Assembly: GCA_964016885.1 (NCBI GenBank)
Contig: OZ024742.1
Location: 321,656,001 to 321,720,000, forward strand
DNA from: Eledone cirrhosa
Lineage: Eukaryota
Length of the DNA stretch: 64,000 bases
Direction: 5' to 3'
This document shows, piece by piece, positions 58,917 through 64,000 of the stretch. Position 1 is the first letter of the stretch. The number at the start of each line of letters is the position of its first letter. The position numbers were made by a program, and so were the translations under genes. The notes beneath the pieces are model-generated. The model did not search any database, was not told where the DNA came from, and saw nothing but the letters and a program-made list of their open reading frames with translations.

Positions 58917-61900
58917 TTACAGATATATACTCAGAGTAGGCCCATTCACTCGGGCCATTCTTGCTTCTCTCACCCATCTTTCAACAAAATGCTGGGAAGA
59001 GAGCACTTCCCTCTCTACTCTGATTTTCCTTTTCAAATGAAATTTGAAAAAGTCAATCAGAGCATCACCGAAGAGGTAAGTGCTCGTCTTCAGCCCTTTC
59101 AAACGTGTCCACCATACTATCTCTTTCACCATGGCCACCAGGCAGATAAAAACTGCCTGCCCTTCCCGGCTAAAGGAGGAGGGCGGGGCAATCCTCACGA
59201 TGGACTCAGATGATAGCCGGATCCGTCCTAAACGCGACAGCAGGTGTTCGACATAAACCCACAAGTCAGCAATTTTCGGACACTGGACGAGTGCGTGCAG
59301 GACGGTTTCGTCGCCCTGCGCGCATCTCGGACATGCCCGGCTGACGGCACCTCCATGCCTGTAGAGTTTATCCCGAACTGGCAAGGCTCCTCGGTAGCAC
59401 TGCCAGGCCAGAGATTTCTGGAAGTTGTCCATAGGCCCTGGCCCGAAAGTTCTTCCGAAGAGATTGGCTAGTTGATTTTCGTCGACGCCTAGAGTTTCCC
59501 CAAGTACGTCGTCGCTCTTCCCCTCCACTAATCCTCTATAGAACGCCGAGGTGGAGTTTCCACCGATCACATTGCCCGATTGGTCGAGGGCTGTGAGCGC
59601 CTGAAGACATTCCAGTCTCCAGGCGCTCCCTCTCGGTCTTCGCTTGACCCAGGACTGCAGCTCCGTCAAGGAAACGAGCTGGGGAAAAACGCGTCTAGCA
59701 AACGGCGACCACACCTGATCACCGTCGAGGAAGAGGTGGAGATGTCGTAGCCTGAGCGCGTGCCTGCGCATCATCAGCCACGGCATGCCCAGCCCTCCAC
59801 GTAGCGGGTGTTGACAACAGATGGACCGCCTGACCATCGGAGCACGTCCCTTCCACAAAAAGCGAAAGAGCAAACGCTCCAGCGCAGTCAGGCGAGGCTT
59901 AGGACAAGGTACGACGGTTAGGCGGTAGCAGATGACAGACGCGATGTACGCGTTAGCCACCTCCGCTCGACCTTTCAGGGATAGCTTCCTCTCCGCCCAT
60001 TTCTGGGTGAGAGAAGCCACCCTGCTCGTCACCTCGTCCCAGTTTTTGTCCGTCTGGAGGTCCGGACCGAACCAGACCCCTAGCAATTTAACCGGTCCGT
60101 CCGTCCAGCGCCCGACGACGCTGTTGGACGGCATGGACCTGCCTCTCCAGGTGCCGAGCTGCAGGCCCACTGACTTTTCCTGGTTGATCATTGCTCCTGT
60201 CACCGCTTCGTATTCTCTTAGTGTAGTGCCGATCGCCTCGATGTGTTTGGCGTTCGACACCACTACGGTGACATCGTCCGCATATGCTGACACGGATCTT
60301 CCGCATCCTAGTTCGCGCGGGACTCCCCTCAACGTCTCCAGTTTGTGCAGTAATGGCTCGAGCGTCAATACGTACAAGAGGGACGAGAGGGGACATCCTT
60401 GGCGGACCGAGCGCATGATGTTGAACGGTTCCGACAGGTGACCGTTCACTCTCACCACAGAGCAGATGTCGCTGTGCATGGCAGCGATCCAGCCTCTGAA
60501 GACGGGCCCAAAGCCAGCCGCCCTCAGGACTGCCGCTAGGTAACGATGGTCGACCCTATCGAAAGCTTTCGACTGATCTAAATTGATCAAGGACCCACCC
60601 GTGCCAGGTTCCCTAGCTACCCTCTCTACGATGTATCGCATGAGGTGGAGGTTGTCGTGGATGGATCTGTCGGGAATGGCGCATGTCTGCGCCTCTCCCA
60701 CCAGACCACCAACGACAAGCGCCAACCTCTTTGCTAGCACCTTGGCCAAAATCTTAAACTCTGTGTTTAGCAGAGTTATGGGCCGGAAATTGTCTATGTT
60801 ATCCCCCTTGTTCGGATCCTTTCTCAGCAGTGCCACCGCTCCTCGGCTCACAGAACTGGGAATTCTCCCGTTCTGTTGCCAGTTGCAGTAGACGTCCGCC
60901 AAGAGGCCTCCGAACAAGTCTGGCATCTGTACGTAAAGTTCATAGGGCAGACCATCCAAACCAGGCGATTTACCCCTTGTGCAGCCAGTCATTGCCTCCC
61001 TTACTTCAGCGGCTGTTATCGGCTTTTCGCAACACTTCGCCTCAGTGGCCGAGAGCTGCGGCAGTCCGTCGAGGTAGACACTAAAGTCCATCCCTCTACC
61101 CGGCCCCCCGCTGCCCCCGAACAGCTGAGCGAAGTGTCGCTGAAAAGCTTCACACATTTGCCCGGGATCGAGTAGCATGCGCCCGTCGTGGTCCACCAAA
61201 GACCGGATCGTGGCTTTGTTGCCACGACGCGCCTCCGCCACTCGGGCCCATTGAACGGCTTTCGTCCCCTCGTGTCTGAGAGCACGCACCCTAGCTCTGA
61301 CAACGCAGCCTTCGTGCTTTGCATTGAAGAATTGGTCAAGGGCCAATTTCGCCGCAAGCACGTCGGTCGCAATGCCTTTGCTAAGCGCCTCGTCTAATTT
61401 TCTAACTAGTTCTCCCTCTGCTCTATTTTTCTCTATTGCTAAAGCCTTACTAAACCTAATCGATTCTATTCTAATCGCTCTTTTCAGAGCAAACCACCAC
61501 TTGTTGTTGACGATGGCCCCCGTCAACGCCCGCTTAACTAGTTCGCTAATCCGGTCTCTGTAGGCCTTGCGCGCTGGTAAGGACGCGTTTAGCTTCCAGT
61601 AGCCGGGTCCTCGTCTATGAAGCCTATCTAGGTCAAGCACACAGATCACGAATTTGTGGTCCGTGTAGCTGACTATCTTGAATTGTGGACAGCCTATGCT
61701 AGACCTATCTATTTCCCTACAAAATACTCTATCTAGATATGATCTGGATGACCCTATGCGGTTTGTCCAAGTCCACATTGGCACATTCGGGAAATCCAAT
61801 CGGTACCTGTCAGACAGTTCAAAACGCCTGAGCAGGTTGGTGAGGCTCTTGCACCCTCCACCCCTATCCGCTAATCCCACACAGTCCCAGCGTGCATCTA

Positions 61901-62336
61901 AGATCCCGTTCCAGTCGCCCACTAACACTAAAGAGCGGGACGTTCCAAGAAAGGTCTCCAGACGCCGGAAGAAATCAGGCCGCCCTGCTCCTGTCGGGGC
62001 ATAGACGGCCACTAGCCTGAAAGCTTGCCCGTCTCCGCTGGTCACGTCCAGCACCACCAGCTTACCCTCTGGGTCCAGGAAGATGGCCCGTATGGCGAGA
62101 TCCAAACCTCTCCGAAAAAGCACAGCAACTCCTCCACCCGATCCAGGACGGCTGGGAGATGCGTACACATCGTAGCCGCCGAAGATCGGTGCGAAGGCCC
62201 GTGCTTCGGAGATTCTGGTCTCGCTGATGGCCACTACATCTATGTTTAGTGACCTGAGGTCGTTGAGCAGGTGACCCTGCTTCCATGACGACCCCAAGCC
62301 ACGCGCATTTATGCTGCCTATTCTGAGTGAGGTCAT
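58917..62336 (-). CDS. LINE ORF2: APE endonuclease, reverse transcriptase, C-terminal Cys/His finger (1139 aa)
   Basis: SINARGL, AISET, GDWN, SYLDRV, TDH (EN); KSPGLDG, FRPITLLN, LDQSKAFDRV, RQGCPLS, YADD (RT); CPRC...H...C. Confidence 0.95.
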   Translation of the reverse strand: MTSLRIGSINARGLGSSWKQGHLLNDLRSLNIDVVAISETRISEARAFAPIFGGYDVYASPSRPGSGGGVAVLFRRGLDLAIRAIFLDPEGKLVVLDVTSGDGQAFRLVAVYAPTGAGRPDFFRRLETFLGTSRSLVLVGDWNGILDARWDCVGLADRGGGCKSLTNLLRRFELSDRYRLDFPNVPMWTWTNRIGSSRSYLDRVFCREIDRSSIGCPQFKIVSYTDHKFVICVLDLDRLHRRGPGYWKLNASLPARKAYRDRISELVKRALTGAIVNNKWWFALKRAIRIESIRFSKALAIEKNRAEGELVRKLDEALSKGIATDVLAAKLALDQFFNAKHEGCVVRARVRALRHEGTKAVQWARVAEARRGNKATIRSLVDHDGRMLLDPGQMCEAFQRHFAQLFGGSGGPGRGMDFSVYLDGLPQLSATEAKCCEKPITAAEVREAMTGCTRGKSPGLDGLPYELYVQMPDLFGGLLADVYCNWQQNGRIPSSVSRGAVALLRKDPNKGDNIDNFRPITLLNTEFKILAKVLAKRLALVVGGLVGEAQTCAIPDRSIHDNLHLMRYIVERVAREPGTGGSLINLDQSKAFDRVDHRYLAAVLRAAGFGPVFRGWIAAMHSDICSVVRVNGHLSEPFNIMRSVRQGCPLSSLLYVLTLEPLLHKLETLRGVPRELGCGRSVSAYADDVTVVVSNAKHIEAIGTTLREYEAVTGAMINQEKSVGLQLGTWRGRSMPSNSVVGRWTDGPVKLLGVWFGPDLQTDKNWDEVTSRVASLTQKWAERKLSLKGRAEVANAYIASVICYRLTVVPCPKPRLTALERLLFRFLWKGRAPMVRRSICCQHPLRGGLGMPWLMMRRHALRLRHLHLFLDGDQVWSPFARRVFPQLVSLTELQSWVKRRPRGSAWRLECLQALTALDQSGNVIGGNSTSAFYRGLVEGKSDDVLGETLGVDENQLANLFGRTFGPGPMDNFQKSLAWQCYRGALPVRDKLYRHGGAVSRACPRCAQGDETVLHALVQCPKIADLWVYVEHLLSRLGRIRLSSESIVRIAPPSSFSREGQAVFICLVAMVKEIVWWTRLKGLKTSTYLFGDALIDFFKFHLKRKIRVEREVLSSQHFVERWVREARMARVNGPTLSIYL

Positions 62337-62371
62337 GTTTAAAATAGAGTGGAAAAGATGGGAAAGACCAC

Positions 62372-63933
62372 TTACCGTACTTTTGGTAGAGGAGGGATGG
62401 TTTTTACATCCCTTTTCACTTGATCGTCTGGTGAAGGGACCGTTGAATCGTCCCTTCGGCTGGTCGTCGGCTCTTCTAAGAGAATGTCTGAATATACTCT
62501 TCGATTAATGGTTCCTCCTAGGTCCCTGAAATCACCAACTGCGTTGGGGAATTTCGTTTTAATGTTTGTGTATTGTTTCTGTGCTATTTTTAGCAGTCTT
62601 ATGTTAGTTGGCGTTTTGATTGGTGCTGGTATTATGTAGTCCTGTTGTGAAATGTCTGTGTGTTCAATTATGTAAGTCATTAGTTTCTTGTTGTGTGTAT
62701 TTATTGCCGTGCATTTGTTTTTCTGGGGGTGGGGTGGGGTTCTGCTATTTTCTTGTCGTTGTTGCTGGGTGTGTGTGTTTTGTTGTTGTGTTTGCGATGT
62801 TGGTGCTTGTTGAAGGTGTTGTTGGCGGTGGTGATGGTGGTGCTGGTGTGGGTGGTGATGGTGTTGGTGGTGTTGCTGCTGTGGGTCTCTTTGCAGTAGA
62901 CTTTACCCTTTTCTCATTTCTTTCCTCCCTTTTCAAAGGCGACGATGCGCTGCTTCTGCGTTTGTGCCTTCTTGCGACCTTTTGCCATCCCTCTCCCACC
63001 TCACACTCCATGTCTGATTCTGTGAGGTCGGGGAGGGGTACCAGCTCCACTCTTTCACTTGTTGTTGTTGGTGATGTTTGCACTGGAGTCTCTGTTGCAG
63101 CTGCATTTGGTATTGCTGTTGTTGTTGTTAATATTTCCACTGCTGCTGCTGTTTTTGATTTCCGTGGCGTGGGTATGGGTGCCACGGACCTATCGTTCCT
63201 GGTTGCCGCTTGTCCTGTTGCTGGTAGCCGTGGAGCCGGATTCGGAAGGAGGGGGGTTTTCTCCTTTCTCAGGGTCTTCTCGTTGCAGAAGGCCCTGAGG
63301 TGAGTCTTCGATCCACAGCGAAAGCATTTCGGGCGTTTGCCCTCAACACTTATGGGCAGTTGAGTGCCGTTATCGAAGTCTATCACATCCGGGATAGCTT
63401 CGATGCACTCCTGGTTGGTTTGGATTAGCATCTCAATGGAGGAGCCGACCCAATCTTCTCTTACTTTTTTCTGTACTTGCAGTACAGTTGTTTTGTCCTC
63501 GATTCCGATTAGGACAGACGCGGCCAGCCAAGAAGGGGTCATTCCGGGGGGGACGTGGGTCAGTTTGACCCTCACAATTTTTTGCCCGCAGTAGGAGGGC
63601 ACCAACACCATTTCCTCGCTCCTTAGGGTCACTACTGATTGGGCCTTTGCCTCCTGGGGTGTGGCAAAAAGTACGTCTACGGTGGCATATTTTTTTGCCT
63701 CGGGTGATGTGCGTTTTCCGCTGCCACACAGACCCCAAGGCTTTTTGTATTTGGGCCTCTGTGGCTCTTTCCACCCTACGGGATTTTGTACTTACTGTAC
63801 GGTACGTGACCGTACAGTGCTCTTGGGTTTTGAAAAATTTTTCCGCTGCCTTGCAGATTGCTCGGTGTCCGTTCTTTGTCACCATCTTCTTCGCTTCCTC
63901 TAATTCCTCATTTGTTATGAGGATTGTTTCCAA
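62372..63933 (-). CDS. LINE ORF1 (gag-like, CCHC zinc knuckle), split by frameshifts or stops
   Basis: Pieces 63433-63933, 62745-63632 (CFRCGSKTHLRAFC) and 62372-62680. One shift falls at an A7 run near 63690-63696. Confidence 0.7.
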
Positions 63934-64000
63934 GTTTTTCGCAATACCTGCAAATGAGATTGGTTTTTCTCTGCTGTTGTTGTTGTCGTCAGAGCTGCTG

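Larger units (their letters stand above)
58611..64000 (-). mobile_element. Young L1/Tx1-clade LINE with (ATT)n tail; 5' end runs off the window
   Basis: ORF1 pieces, intact ORF2, and a 3' UTR ending CCCTTGTGGTTAATAAAGAAATC(ATT)n. Confidence 0.93.

Overview
Repeat-saturated, AT-rich animal DNA with no recognisable host gene. The SINE and microsatellite make-up suggests a cephalopod (octopus-like) genome, but that is an inference. It contains extensive microsatellites, minisatellites and a ~5.9 kb (GTGTG)n satellite. Mobile elements include a young L1/Tx1-clade LINE with intact ORF2 (58917-62336, minus) plus several truncated copies and an ORF1-only relative, a near full-length decayed RTE LINE, Penelope-like (PLE) remnants, Chapaev- and mariner-like transposase relics, a non-autonomous Helitron, Tc1/mariner-type MITEs and tRNA-derived SINEs. 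The main hidden signal is RNA structure. About 15 complete or near-complete type I hammerhead ribozyme (HHR) folds, plus several half motifs, sit in short elements mostly embedded in (TA)n tracts. The clearest case is a 457-bp x ~2.8 tandem array with one HHR per monomer (19291-20560), which resembles a retrozyme able to produce circular RNA. A second candidate with a 522-bp unit lies beside it. Other HHR families show stem covariation, core variants and fold-back palindromes. All folds were read by eye and none was computed.
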